From positions 1 to 57,550 of the forward strand of contig JAUCBJ010001862.1 in the NCBI GenBank assembly GCA_032718475.1: a stretch of DNA of 57,550 bases, in the 5' to 3' direction. A program made the position numbers and the translations under genes. This DNA is from Nemertoderma westbladi (lineage: Eukaryota > Animalia > Xenacoelomorpha). The notes under the pieces are model-generated. The model saw nothing but the letters and a program-made list of their open reading frames with translations, had not been told where the DNA came from and ran no database searches. This document shows, in pieces, positions 24,903-34,819 of this stretch (position 1 is the stretch's first letter; each line of letters opens with the position of its first letter).

Positions 24903-26514
24903 TGTTCGCGGTATTTCAACTTTCCATAACGCGAGTTGAATATTTTTGTATTTATTTAAAATTGATTATTCCGATATTACTACTGGGTGCGGGACCATGG
25001 GTTTTGGGCACATTCAAGAAACTGGGGGCGATTTATGGGCGAACTTTGGGGCAACTTACAGGGTACGGGAATAATTTCATAGTTATAAGGGCCAGGGGGG
25101 GATGGAAAATGCAAGCAGTATTCAGGTTAGCCTGAGTACTATTAGGCCCTGGCCAACTTCCTGCTGCCTGTAGGGGTGGATTTGGTAATGCGCCAGGCCT
25201 AAAGGACAAGGACTGCCCTTAGCGGTCCCTGGCCAACAGCAGCCATTACGAGACTGAAAAGAACTCGGACCGCTGACTGCTTGTGTCAGGGATTTGCGAC
25301 GGGCACCGACGGCCCCTTAGTAGCCAAGCCGTTCTGGTTCTCGATGATCGTTCCCTTCGGGGTTCGTGAGGGGTGGAGCGGACACGCGAACGGGTGGCCA
25401 ACTAACGACTGCCCCCTGACCTAAGCCGTACTGGTTCTCGATGACCGATCCCTTCGGGGTTCGTGAGGGGTGGGACGGACATGCGAAAGGGCTGGCCACA
25501 GGACGGGTTTGACGAGAACTGCCCTTAGCGGTCTCTGGTCAACGGCAGCTACTACGAGACTGAAAAGAACTCGGAACGCTGACTGCTTGTACTGGGATTT
25601 GCGACGGGAACCGACGACAGACCCCTTAGCCAAGCCGTACTGGTTCTCGATGATCGTTCCCTTCGGGGTTCGTGAGGGGTGGAACGGACACGCGATGGGG
25701 TCGAAAGACAAAGGACTAGACTCGACTAGACTCTACTGGCCTACCGACTGTTCGGAGCAGTTTCTCGGCTGCCGAAGCGACTACGAGCCTGAAACGGACT
25801 CGGAAAGCCTAGGTGGTTGGGTTTCTGTGATGAACTGACGGACCCCTAGCCAAGCCGTTCTGGTTCTCGATGATCGAACCCTTCGGGGTTCGTGAGGGGT
25901 GGAACGGACACGCGAACGGGTCCACCGACACGACAGACTCCTAGCCAAGCCGTACTGGTTCTCGATGACCGAACCCTTCGGGGTTCGAGAGGGGTGGTAC
26001 GGATACGCGACAGAGTCTACCGACTGGACCGACCCTTAGCCAAGCCGTGCTGGTTCTCGATGATCGTTCCCTTCGGGGTTCGTGAGGGGTGGAACGGACA
26101 CGCGACAGGGTCGACCGACACCGACACTACGGCACTAAGACTGGGACCGAGGGAAAATCTGGGGAACATTAGGTAGGCTAAAATTCTGAGCAAACAGTGG
26201 GTTATTAAATAATATACTGTAGGGATTTATATTATCGTGTATAATTATTGTGAATATTTGGTGTATATTGATTTGGGGAAGCCCAAAATTATTCTTAATC
26301 AAGTTTCAATGATGTTGAACGGGTTTCAACTATAGGAAGTTACATTAAAGAGTATATCCAACTAATGCAGCTTTTTATCAACCGCAAACTTGCATCTCAG
26401 AAAATATTCCCTCCCCACAATCAATATCCGGTGACTGGCCGGGGCTCGGTGGTCTGTTAAGTCACGTCTCCAGCATCGGCGTTTTTCCCCCCTGGTGTAG
26501 GGATAACGGCAACA
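24903..26514 (+). repeat. 5' LTR (1612 bp)
   Basis: TGTTCGCGG...GGCAACA; matches 37586-39197 at offset 12683; one difference seen (25018 G vs 37701 T). Confidence 0.97.
25210..26115 (+). ncRNA. LTR array of structured RNA modules (6 K-turn/UUCG hairpins, 3 GAAA hairpins); repeated at 37893-38798
   Basis: repeated CCGTNCTGGTTCTCGATGAYCG..CCCTTCGGGGTTCGWGAGGGGTGG..CGG with compensatory closing stems (GACCC/GGGTC, GACTC/GAGTC). Confidence 0.65.
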
Positions 26515-26765
26515 AAATTAAGAATAATTCACGTGGTTAATTTTGACAGGGTGTCAAAATTAAGAATAATTACGGTCAACTTCAACTGGTGGAAGTTGAG
26601 AATCCTTCAATACTCTTCAAAAACTCTCTACGTGCTTGCCAGCACCCACTACGAGGAAACTCTGGTATTTGAGTTGAGACAAAGTCGTGGTTTAATTAAT
26701 CAGCAAACTCGATCTAACCAACTCGTAGTCGGCAGATCACATATTTGGAGAGTTGTTAACAGGGA

Positions 26766-26957
26766 ATGGAAGTATCGATCACACCCATTGATATAATTCA
26801 AGTTGAGCCAGGAATCTGGCACGTCGAAGTTGAGGTACAAGGAACGAACGTTGGACGATTCAGGATTACTGTTCGGGTGGTCCAAGCTGAGTACAATACC
26901 TACGAGGAACTGTTTTACGACATCGCGTATCTAGCCATCGACGAGGCGTTACAATGA
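26766..26957 (+). CDS. 63-aa upstream ORF overlapping the gag start (ATGA)
   Basis: ATG-initiated, amphipathic beta/alpha pattern, TGA stop overlaps the gag ATG at 26954. Confidence 0.5.
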   Translation: MEVSITPIDIIQVEPGIWHVEVEVQGTNVGRFRITVRVVQAEYNTYEELFYDIAYLAIDEALQ

Positions 26958-29900
26958 CAACAAATAACGTATCCGATACCGACGAGATGGATCACCACAC
27001 AGACTCGGAAGCCGACGAGGTACCAAACGTCAAGAACATGACCCGTCGGTTAGGGGCTCTTAAAGGCGGAGTAACCCGAGCGTATCAACGGATGGAGAAA
27101 CAACTCAAAGGAGTCAAAACCCCCCTCAATGAGGTACAAACTCAGCTTCAAAGTATCCGAAATATCCTACAGCGGTACGAAAGAATGATACAGGTGTACC
27201 AAGAGCTCGTTCCCCCCACCGATCAGGAAAACTACCCCAAGTTGGAAGAACACGTTGTACATCTAGATGGGTTCCGCAAACAACACCGGAGGACCCTCAG
27301 CCTTGTGAGAGGCTATGAGGAACAGTATTACAAGAGGGCTGACGCGGAATCAGTACGATCCTCCAGCATCAGGACAGCAGTACATCGTAAGAGAACGGGG
27401 TCCGCTAGAAATCAGCACTCCAGCGCTAGGAGCGAGATATCCGGCTCGGCGCGCAGTTCTCAAGGGGCGCCGCCACTCCGAGACCAACTGCGAGAACGGA
27501 AGGCATTAGCCCTCAAAGCTCGGATGGAAGATGAGTATATTCAACTGCAAGCCGAGCAAGATGTATTAGCCACCGAAACACAAAAGCGAGAGGCCGAACA
27601 AGCGGCCGAACGGCAGGCCGAACAACGCGAACAGGAGGCCGAACAACATAGACGAGAAGCCGAACGGCAGGCCGAACAACGTGAACAGGAGGCCGAACAA
27701 CATAGACGAGAGGCCGAACGAGAGATCGAACAACGTAAATGGGAAGCGGAAATGCGTAAACAACACGCCGAGGCCCAAGCAATTCTTATCCACAAAAAGA
27801 ATGCGGATATTGCAAAACTCGCAGAATACGAAGCCGCACTTATAGAACGAGATATTCATCTCTACGAGGACTGGGAAAGGGATATAGATCAGGAATATGA
27901 ACCAATTCCGGTACCGGAGTCATTTACACCAACAGCGGCGAAACCTCCGAAACCCGAGATCCCGCCTACCAAACAGTCTACGCTATCGGCACAAGCCCCG
28001 GTGTTCCATCCCCCACCAGCTACGCTAAAGAATGAGGAACCTTATTTCCCATCCAACACCACGACAGCGAGTGTACCCAAGTACGAGCCTGAAAGGGACT
28101 CGGAACGGGACGCCACTCCCCGATCTAACAACCCATTTACATCCACACCACAAACTCGTAGCCGCGTCATTATTAAAACTCCACCTATTATTGATCCATC
28201 AAGTATGGGAGTGAGTGCCAATAACTATAACCCTCCGAGTCACTCTAGTTCAGACGACGTCAGCATCATCCGGGCGTTGGAGAACCGCCTTGCCATGCCT
28301 AAGATGGAGATTCGCACCTTCGAAGGAGATCCCGTCGATTACCTCAGATTCAAGAAACGGTTCTTTGCACAAATCGGATCAACGGACATAGCCGACGCAC
28401 AGAAATTGGTATATTTATCGCAATACCTGGGTGACAAACCACGCAGTATTGTTGCATGTTTTGAAGGAGGTTCTCATGAGGCATACTATGACGCATGGAA
28501 AACTCTAGATAAAAGATACGGAAATACCGGAACTATAATTAATAAAACTCTAGAGAGACTGATACAGGACGCGGGATCACTAGGGGACCCACAGAACATA
28601 CAGGAATTCTCCGACTCTATGAAGGATGCCTACTATACTCTGAAACCCTTAAATAAAGAGGACCAGGTGAACAACATTCTAAACCTCCGACAGATCGCCA
28701 AGAAGTTCCCCGGATGGCTACAAAGTAAGTGGGCTTATAAATGTGTAGATCTCCGGCGCAGACATCCAGATCGAGATCCTAGCTTCCTTGAAATGTCGGC
28801 ATTCCTGGACGATATCTCCGAAGCCATGAATGACTCGATGTTTTCAAAACAAAGTCTCGCAAAGTTGGACGGAATAGAGAGCAACTCCAGGAGTAAGATA
28901 ACCCCTCCGAAACCGAGATTCCGCCCCCCACCGGTAAGTACGATGGCCATTACCATGGCCGAGGATTCCGACGACGAAGACTACGAGGAACCGACATCCG
29001 CCGAGGAATGGGCATGTTATCTCGCGAGTTGGGCACCCGAAAGGGAAGGCATCACAAATTCCCTGCTCTGTCTCTTCTGTGGGGAGAAACACAAAGTGGA
29101 ATTCTGCAGAAAGTTTCAGTTCGCCGAACTCGTCCCACGCTTCGAGGCGATAATGAAACACCGAGGATGCTTCCGGTGTCTTGGAACAGGTCACTATGTT
29201 CGGGAGTGCGACCAAAGATCATGCTGTACTGTCTGTAACGACCAACGCCATCACACGCTCCTCCACATCCCCGCGAACTTCGATTTTACTACCCTCCCCT
29301 TTCGGATCGAAGCCAGGCGAAGAGGAGAAACAAACCACATCTTTAAAGGAACCCGGACAACCCAACGGAGAGAAACCAACCCGTTTAAAATCTCCACCGA
29401 TACACCACAAGTAACCAATATTTCGGCCACGATTAATCTTATAAATCGCCGCTACATGGTTTTCGCAAAGGTAATCCCAGTAAGGATCCAAGGAGTCGGC
29501 AAATCTTTGACGACACTCGCGTTCCTCGATAACGGGTCTGACGGAACCATCATCGACCGGGATTTCCTCGAGCAACTCGGCCTAGAATATGAACCTTGTA
29601 AACGGCCCATACAAACCATCACCGATAACAGAGAGGTAGAGTCCGGGGAGGTACAACTCCAGATGGAAGGAGTGATGAAGGGCTACGAAACGGCTAAGTT
29701 AACCATCAAGAACGCCTTGGTACACACAGACCTCCGGGTGCGGTTCCGACAATCAGCCGAGTACGCCCCCCTCATACAATTAGACCGAGACGATGTAGAC
29801 CTGAGGTGTCCGCAGTTGGACGTGAACCGTATCACCCTACTGATTGGACTTGATACACCGGAACTACACATCCCCACCGGAGATATCGCTCGATCTATAA

Positions 29901-32900
29901 ACCAGGATGATGGATTCTATGCTGAACGAACAATAATGGGATGGACACTCTGCGGCATTAAGGAGGAAACTACGGACACCTATACCTACCTTCCTAAATG
30001 TCAGATTAAAGAGAATGTAACCTCTGTGGGTTATTGCTCAGCTTCAGATCTTGACGAGGATTTGTTTCTGGAAACCGAGAAAACCCAACGAGAGATGACG
30101 AAATATTTTAATTTGGAGACCCAGGAGTTCGCGGAAAAGGACGAAAACCCATCCGAAGAGGACCAATATTGTATGGACGTTCTCGACCAGGCCACGTTTA
30201 AAGACGGACATTGGTGTTCACCTATGTTATGGAAGGATCCAAACAAACCAATGGCAAACAACGCCAGCATGGCACTTAGGCGACTTAAAGGGATTCTACG
30301 CCGGCTGAATGACCAACCCGAGATAAAGGAGAAATATAATACCGTAATCCAAGGATATCTCGATGATGGATTAGCAGAAATGGTACCACGGAATGAACTG
30401 CAAGGTGGTGAAAGAACATATTATCTCCCAACCCACTATGTAGTAGAAGCCCGCAAAGGTGGGAAAATCCGAGTGGTAAATGATGCTGCCGCTATGTACC
30501 AGGGCGAATCCCTAAACAGTCAACTTTACACGGGGCCCAACATATATAGCACACTCATTGGCGTATTGATCAGGTTCAGGGAAAACCGGGTAGCATTCAC
30601 CTGTGACATCAAGGCCATGTTTCATCAAGTTCGTACGTTACCAAGAGACTCGGACTGTCTACGTATCCTATGGACGGATAAAACGCTTACTCAACAGGAG
30701 ATTAGCCAACTCACGATAAAGGACGTAGACGTAATGCGTATGGTCGTCAGGATCTTCGGCGCTAAGGACTCGCCGGTAGCATGCAGTGACATGCTAAAGA
30801 GGACGGCAACTATGTGCGAAAACGAGTTCCCTCCAACTGTCATAGAAACAATTCGACGATGCTTCTACGTGGACGACGGATGCGCCGGCGCGGATAATGT
30901 GGATGAGGCATATCGGCTAGCAATGGGGATGGTAGAATGTCTAAAGAAAGGAGGGTTTCCGCTCGTGAAGTTCAGATCCCACGACAAAACACTTATGGAA
31001 AAGTTTCCGGAGGACATCCGGCTGGAAAATAACAAAATGTATTCGGAGGATGTGGAACATCGTGTACTTGGGATTGAATGGGACATAGAATCAGACGAAT
31101 TCATCTTCAAGTATAAACCCCTACCCAAGCCTATGACAAAAAGGGGATGTTTGTCGATAAAAAGCGCCATCTTCGACCCACTAAATTTCATATCTCCAGT
31201 AACCTTGGCCGGAATGAACCTGATTAAGGAAATGTGGATAGAAGGACTGGGATGGGACGAAGAGCTCCCCCCATACCTCAGCGTCAAATGGAGAAAATGG
31301 ACGGAGCAGCTCGAACACCTACATCTTATGCGGATACCTAGACCGTTCTTCCTCGATAAGTTGCCCACCGATATCTTCCAGCTCCACACCTTTTCGGATG
31401 CTTCGAATACCGGAATCGGCGTAGTCACCTTCCTACGGAGACTAAGTAACGATGGAAACGGCGATACAAGCTTCTTATTCTCCAAAGCAAAGACAGTATC
31501 CGGGGAATTCGTAGCAACGATCCCGAGACTCGAGCTACAAGCTGCAGTTTGGGCAGTAAGACAGAATCGCATGGTCATGCGGAACCTACGGATCCCCATA
31601 GAATCTCAACACTTCTGGGTAGATTCGAGTATAGTTCTCTATTATCTCCACTCTCCATCACGGCGTCACACCACGTTTGTTGCAAACCGAGCCACGGAGA
31701 TTAAACAGTGTACCGGCCGAGAACAGTGGCATCACGTGAACGGGAAGGAAAACCCAGCGGACTTATCAAGCCGAGGCGCCACCCCAAAACAACTCGGTAA
31801 AAGTAAACTCTGGCTTACAGGCCCGGAATTCCTACGGCAGCCACAATTAACATGGAGTACCCGATTCGACCCCGAGCTCGATAGCGGAAAATACTCCGAG
31901 GACGATAAAGAGATCCGTAAAATCCATCGAAGCAACGCGGTGGAAATTTATAGTTGTCTGACTGAGCCTGCAAAGGACTCGGGCAGGCACTATAACGTCG
32001 CGATGATCACCCAACTAGCGGCGTCTTTACATCGGTTGATCGAGCGAACTTCATCCATGAGACGGCTCGTCCACCACGTTATAACCCTTCGCAACTTCCT
32101 ACGGTGGAAAAACAACAAACCGATAGTTCAACGGAATATACAAGAACTCATTATCGCGGAGAAGTGTATTGTTAGATATGTCCAGAAAGAAAGTTTCCCC
32201 GATGAATGGGAACAACTTAGTGCGGGCAAAACGTTGAAACCGGACAGCCCAGTCTACCAACTGAGACCAATGATGGGAGAGGACGGACTGATCCGACTGA
32301 ATACCCGGATGGCAAACGCCCCGGTCGAATATGAGGTTAAATACCCGGCGCTTCTGCCCGGAACGTCGACACTAGCTAAGCTATTAATTCTACAATGTCA
32401 CGAGGACAACCACCACGCAGGACAGAATTGGATTATAGCTAATATAAGACAAAGATATTGGATCACCCACATCCAGCCACTGATCCGGAAAGTGTTGAAA
32501 CGTTGCTTCACCTGCAGACGTTACCTAGCGCCACCAATCACCCAAAAGATGGCCGACTTACCAGCCACCCGTCTACAAGCGGATTCCCCACCATTCTACG
32601 TCACCGGAGTGGACTGTTTCGGACCGTTCACGGTTATTGAACGACGATCCAACATCAAATGCTGGGGAGCCATCTTCACCTGCCTAAGGTCTAGGGCAAT
32701 TTACCTAGATATCGTGGTAAATCTGACACAACACGCATTCATCAACGCTCTGCGTCGGTTCGTGGCGAACAACGGGACATGCCGCCACATGTATTCCGAT
32801 AATGGTACAAACTTTGTGGGAGGAGAAAGAGAACTTAGAGAGGCGATCGAGGGATGGTTTACCGATAACACCGCATCCCAAGTCTGGAAGGAACACCAGA

Positions 32901-33571
32901 TACAGTGGCACTTCCAGACCCCCTTAGCACCCCATACGAGCGGGGTATGGGAGAAACTGATCGACCTAGTGAAACGATCCATGCGCGTCGCTCTAGGCGA
33001 CACCCGGGTAACCCATGACACCCTCCGCACAACATTCTGCGAGATCACGGCTACCCTGAACAACCGACCCATTGTCCCTATCCGCGACGACCCCACAGAC
33101 CTGGAGCCCCTCACTCCTAACCACTTACTGGGGAGACCCAAAACCCACGTTCTCCCGGAAACCATGTTCCCGGATCCCAACGAGATCGCGAAACATACAA
33201 ACTGGAAAAAGGCCCAAGCGTTGGCAGCGCATTGGTGGAGAATTTGGGCCCAGGAGTACCTCATAACCCTCCGGACCAGGAGGAAATGGAACAACACCTA
33301 CCGGAACGTCGCAGTTGGCGACATGGTACTAGTTAAAGAAGATCTCAAAGACCGCGTTCACTGGCCTGTGGCGCGGGTCGTGACCATACACCCAAGCAAA
33401 GACGGACTTGCGAGGACTGTGACGATACGAACGAAATCGGGCCACTACCAACGCCCCATCCAGAAGCTGTGCCTTCTTGAAGGCAATGACAGTGGTGATT
33501 CTACAAGAGGTGATAAGTTCCCTACTACGGATCCTACTGTGGACATTGGTGACAATTATAAATGCGTTTAA
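26954..33571 (+). CDS. BEL/Pao Gag-Pol polyprotein (2205 aa)
   Basis: Gag FEGDP region, three BEL-type Cys/His knuckles, protease FLDNGS, RT YVDD, RNase H FSDAS/IPRLEL/NPAD, integrase HHCC and VDCFGP/SDNGTNF/WE, C-terminal WPVARV. Confidence 0.97.
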   Translation: MTTNNVSDTDEMDHHTDSEADEVPNVKNMTRRLGALKGGVTRAYQRMEKQLKGVKTPLNEVQTQLQSIRNILQRYERMIQVYQELVPPTDQENYPKLEEHVVHLDGFRKQHRRTLSLVRGYEEQYYKRADAESVRSSSIRTAVHRKRTGSARNQHSSARSEISGSARSSQGAPPLRDQLRERKALALKARMEDEYIQLQAEQDVLATETQKREAEQAAERQAEQREQEAEQHRREAERQAEQREQEAEQHRREAEREIEQRKWEAEMRKQHAEAQAILIHKKNADIAKLAEYEAALIERDIHLYEDWERDIDQEYEPIPVPESFTPTAAKPPKPEIPPTKQSTLSAQAPVFHPPPATLKNEEPYFPSNTTTASVPKYEPERDSERDATPRSNNPFTSTPQTRSRVIIKTPPIIDPSSMGVSANNYNPPSHSSSDDVSIIRALENRLAMPKMEIRTFEGDPVDYLRFKKRFFAQIGSTDIADAQKLVYLSQYLGDKPRSIVACFEGGSHEAYYDAWKTLDKRYGNTGTIINKTLERLIQDAGSLGDPQNIQEFSDSMKDAYYTLKPLNKEDQVNNILNLRQIAKKFPGWLQSKWAYKCVDLRRRHPDRDPSFLEMSAFLDDISEAMNDSMFSKQSLAKLDGIESNSRSKITPPKPRFRPPPVSTMAITMAEDSDDEDYEEPTSAEEWACYLASWAPEREGITNSLLCLFCGEKHKVEFCRKFQFAELVPRFEAIMKHRGCFRCLGTGHYVRECDQRSCCTVCNDQRHHTLLHIPANFDFTTLPFRIEARRRGETNHIFKGTRTTQRRETNPFKISTDTPQVTNISATINLINRRYMVFAKVIPVRIQGVGKSLTTLAFLDNGSDGTIIDRDFLEQLGLEYEPCKRPIQTITDNREVESGEVQLQMEGVMKGYETAKLTIKNALVHTDLRVRFRQSAEYAPLIQLDRDDVDLRCPQLDVNRITLLIGLDTPELHIPTGDIARSINQDDGFYAERTIMGWTLCGIKEETTDTYTYLPKCQIKENVTSVGYCSASDLDEDLFLETEKTQREMTKYFNLETQEFAEKDENPSEEDQYCMDVLDQATFKDGHWCSPMLWKDPNKPMANNASMALRRLKGILRRLNDQPEIKEKYNTVIQGYLDDGLAEMVPRNELQGGERTYYLPTHYVVEARKGGKIRVVNDAAAMYQGESLNSQLYTGPNIYSTLIGVLIRFRENRVAFTCDIKAMFHQVRTLPRDSDCLRILWTDKTLTQQEISQLTIKDVDVMRMVVRIFGAKDSPVACSDMLKRTATMCENEFPPTVIETIRRCFYVDDGCAGADNVDEAYRLAMGMVECLKKGGFPLVKFRSHDKTLMEKFPEDIRLENNKMYSEDVEHRVLGIEWDIESDEFIFKYKPLPKPMTKRGCLSIKSAIFDPLNFISPVTLAGMNLIKEMWIEGLGWDEELPPYLSVKWRKWTEQLEHLHLMRIPRPFFLDKLPTDIFQLHTFSDASNTGIGVVTFLRRLSNDGNGDTSFLFSKAKTVSGEFVATIPRLELQAAVWAVRQNRMVMRNLRIPIESQHFWVDSSIVLYYLHSPSRRHTTFVANRATEIKQCTGREQWHHVNGKENPADLSSRGATPKQLGKSKLWLTGPEFLRQPQLTWSTRFDPELDSGKYSEDDKEIRKIHRSNAVEIYSCLTEPAKDSGRHYNVAMITQLAASLHRLIERTSSMRRLVHHVITLRNFLRWKNNKPIVQRNIQELIIAEKCIVRYVQKESFPDEWEQLSAGKTLKPDSPVYQLRPMMGEDGLIRLNTRMANAPVEYEVKYPALLPGTSTLAKLLILQCHEDNHHAGQNWIIANIRQRYWITHIQPLIRKVLKRCFTCRRYLAPPITQKMADLPATRLQADSPPFYVTGVDCFGPFTVIERRSNIKCWGAIFTCLRSRAIYLDIVVNLTQHAFINALRRFVANNGTCRHMYSDNGTNFVGGERELREAIEGWFTDNTASQVWKEHQIQWHFQTPLAPHTSGVWEKLIDLVKRSMRVALGDTRVTHDTLRTTFCEITATLNNRPIVPIRDDPTDLEPLTPNHLLGRPKTHVLPETMFPDPNEIAKHTNWKKAQALAAHWWRIWAQEYLITLRTRRKWNNTYRNVAVGDMVLVKEDLKDRVHWPVARVVTIHPSKDGLARTVTIRTKSGHYQRPIQKLCLLEGNDSGDSTRGDKFPTTDPTVDIGDNYKCV

Positions 33572-33847
33572 ACCCTTCTCATCATGTTGACAAACTCTTT
33601 TTAACTGTGATTTATCGACAATGAGTTATGGACCCCCTTTAAACCAACTGTAACCACGCATGGTATTTGTGTTTCCTCGTGTGTTATGTGGAGTCCAGCG
33701 TCACCCTGCAGATGTTTCGGCTGACGCAGGGTCGTTTATGTATTGTTTACCCTGATTTTGGTCATCGGGACCAACGATATTGGATTATTGGAAATGGAAA
33801 AGATTTGAAGTGGAATTCATTGTATTCATTGCAGTATGTTATGTTGT

Positions 33848-34268
33848 CCGTTGCGTCGGTAGTTCGGGGCGTAGGCGGTGTAACGAGTCCAGCTGTAGAT
33901 CCCGGATTGCCGCGCAACACCCCCCTCTATCCCGTTATTCTGGTGGATCCATGGTGCATCCACATGACTTCGACGATAGAGGGTTTTATGTTTCTCAGTC
34001 GCGTTATTCTGGTGGGACCGTTACGTGGATTTTGGGGCGTAGGCGGTGTAACGAGTCCAGCTGTAGATCCCAGAATGTTGCGTAACCCCATCCCACATGA
34101 CTTCGTCGACTGAGCTTTATGTTGTTGGGAGTGTTATTCTGGTGGGTCCCTGGTGCATCCACGTGACTTCACTCCTAGCGTCTTCATTGTCCGTTACGTG
34201 CGCAGTTTGGGGCGTAGGCGGTGTAACGAGTCCAGCTGTAGATCCCAGATTGCCGCGTAACACCCCTT
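33848..34268 (+). ncRNA. three covarying pseudoknot-like modules between pol and ORF2
   Basis: GGGGCGTAGGCGGTGTAACGAGTCCAGCTGTAGATCCC x3; GTTGCG/CGCAAC versus GTTACG/CGTAAC covariation. Confidence 0.6.
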
Positions 34269-34819
34269 CCACGACAAAGATTAACCAAAGAAAATGATTG
34301 AATATAGTTGGAAACGATGAAAAGGATCAGACAACTCTACTATAAACCTGAATGATGACGCGTATACTGATGAAAATGTAATGATGCGCACCCTGGTGCT
34401 GCGCTTATAACAATGATGATAGCCGGGGGGCTATAAACCCAAATGATGATGTGGAAATAAATAAATGTGAAATAAATGGTGGAACTAAATGTTGAAATAT
34501 ACGTGGAAATAAATGAAATAAGATGAAATAATAATGAAATGAAAAAAGACAAAAAAAAGGTATAAAAAAGGTCAAAGAAAAGAATTAGAAAAAAGAAAAG
34601 GACAAAAAAGTCATAAAAAACTGGTTGGATATTATGTATAGCTATAGTAACTGTAAATGCTGAATGTATTAGCAATAAGATGATAGATGCCTATATAGCA
34701 ATGTTATTAATAAACTGAATTAAATAAAAAAAAACTGAATTATTCTGCTATCGCTATAGTTTCAGACTTTCTGGACTTATAATTAACTGATCTAATTTGT
34801 AACGGATATAATCGTAAAT

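Noticed and set aside
25329-25381. LTR module as a hammerhead ribozyme
   Set aside because: Has GAUGA plus a stem but lacks the CUGANGA and GAAA core
25310-26115. LTR repeat array as a CRISPR array
   Set aside because: Eukaryotic LTR context, repeats too long, spacers irregular and related to each other, no cas genes; better explained as RNA structure modules
25317-26176. short ORFs within the LTRs (also 38000-38859)
   Set aside because: Arise from GC-rich repeats; frames differ between repeat copies, and the changes preserve base pairing rather than codons
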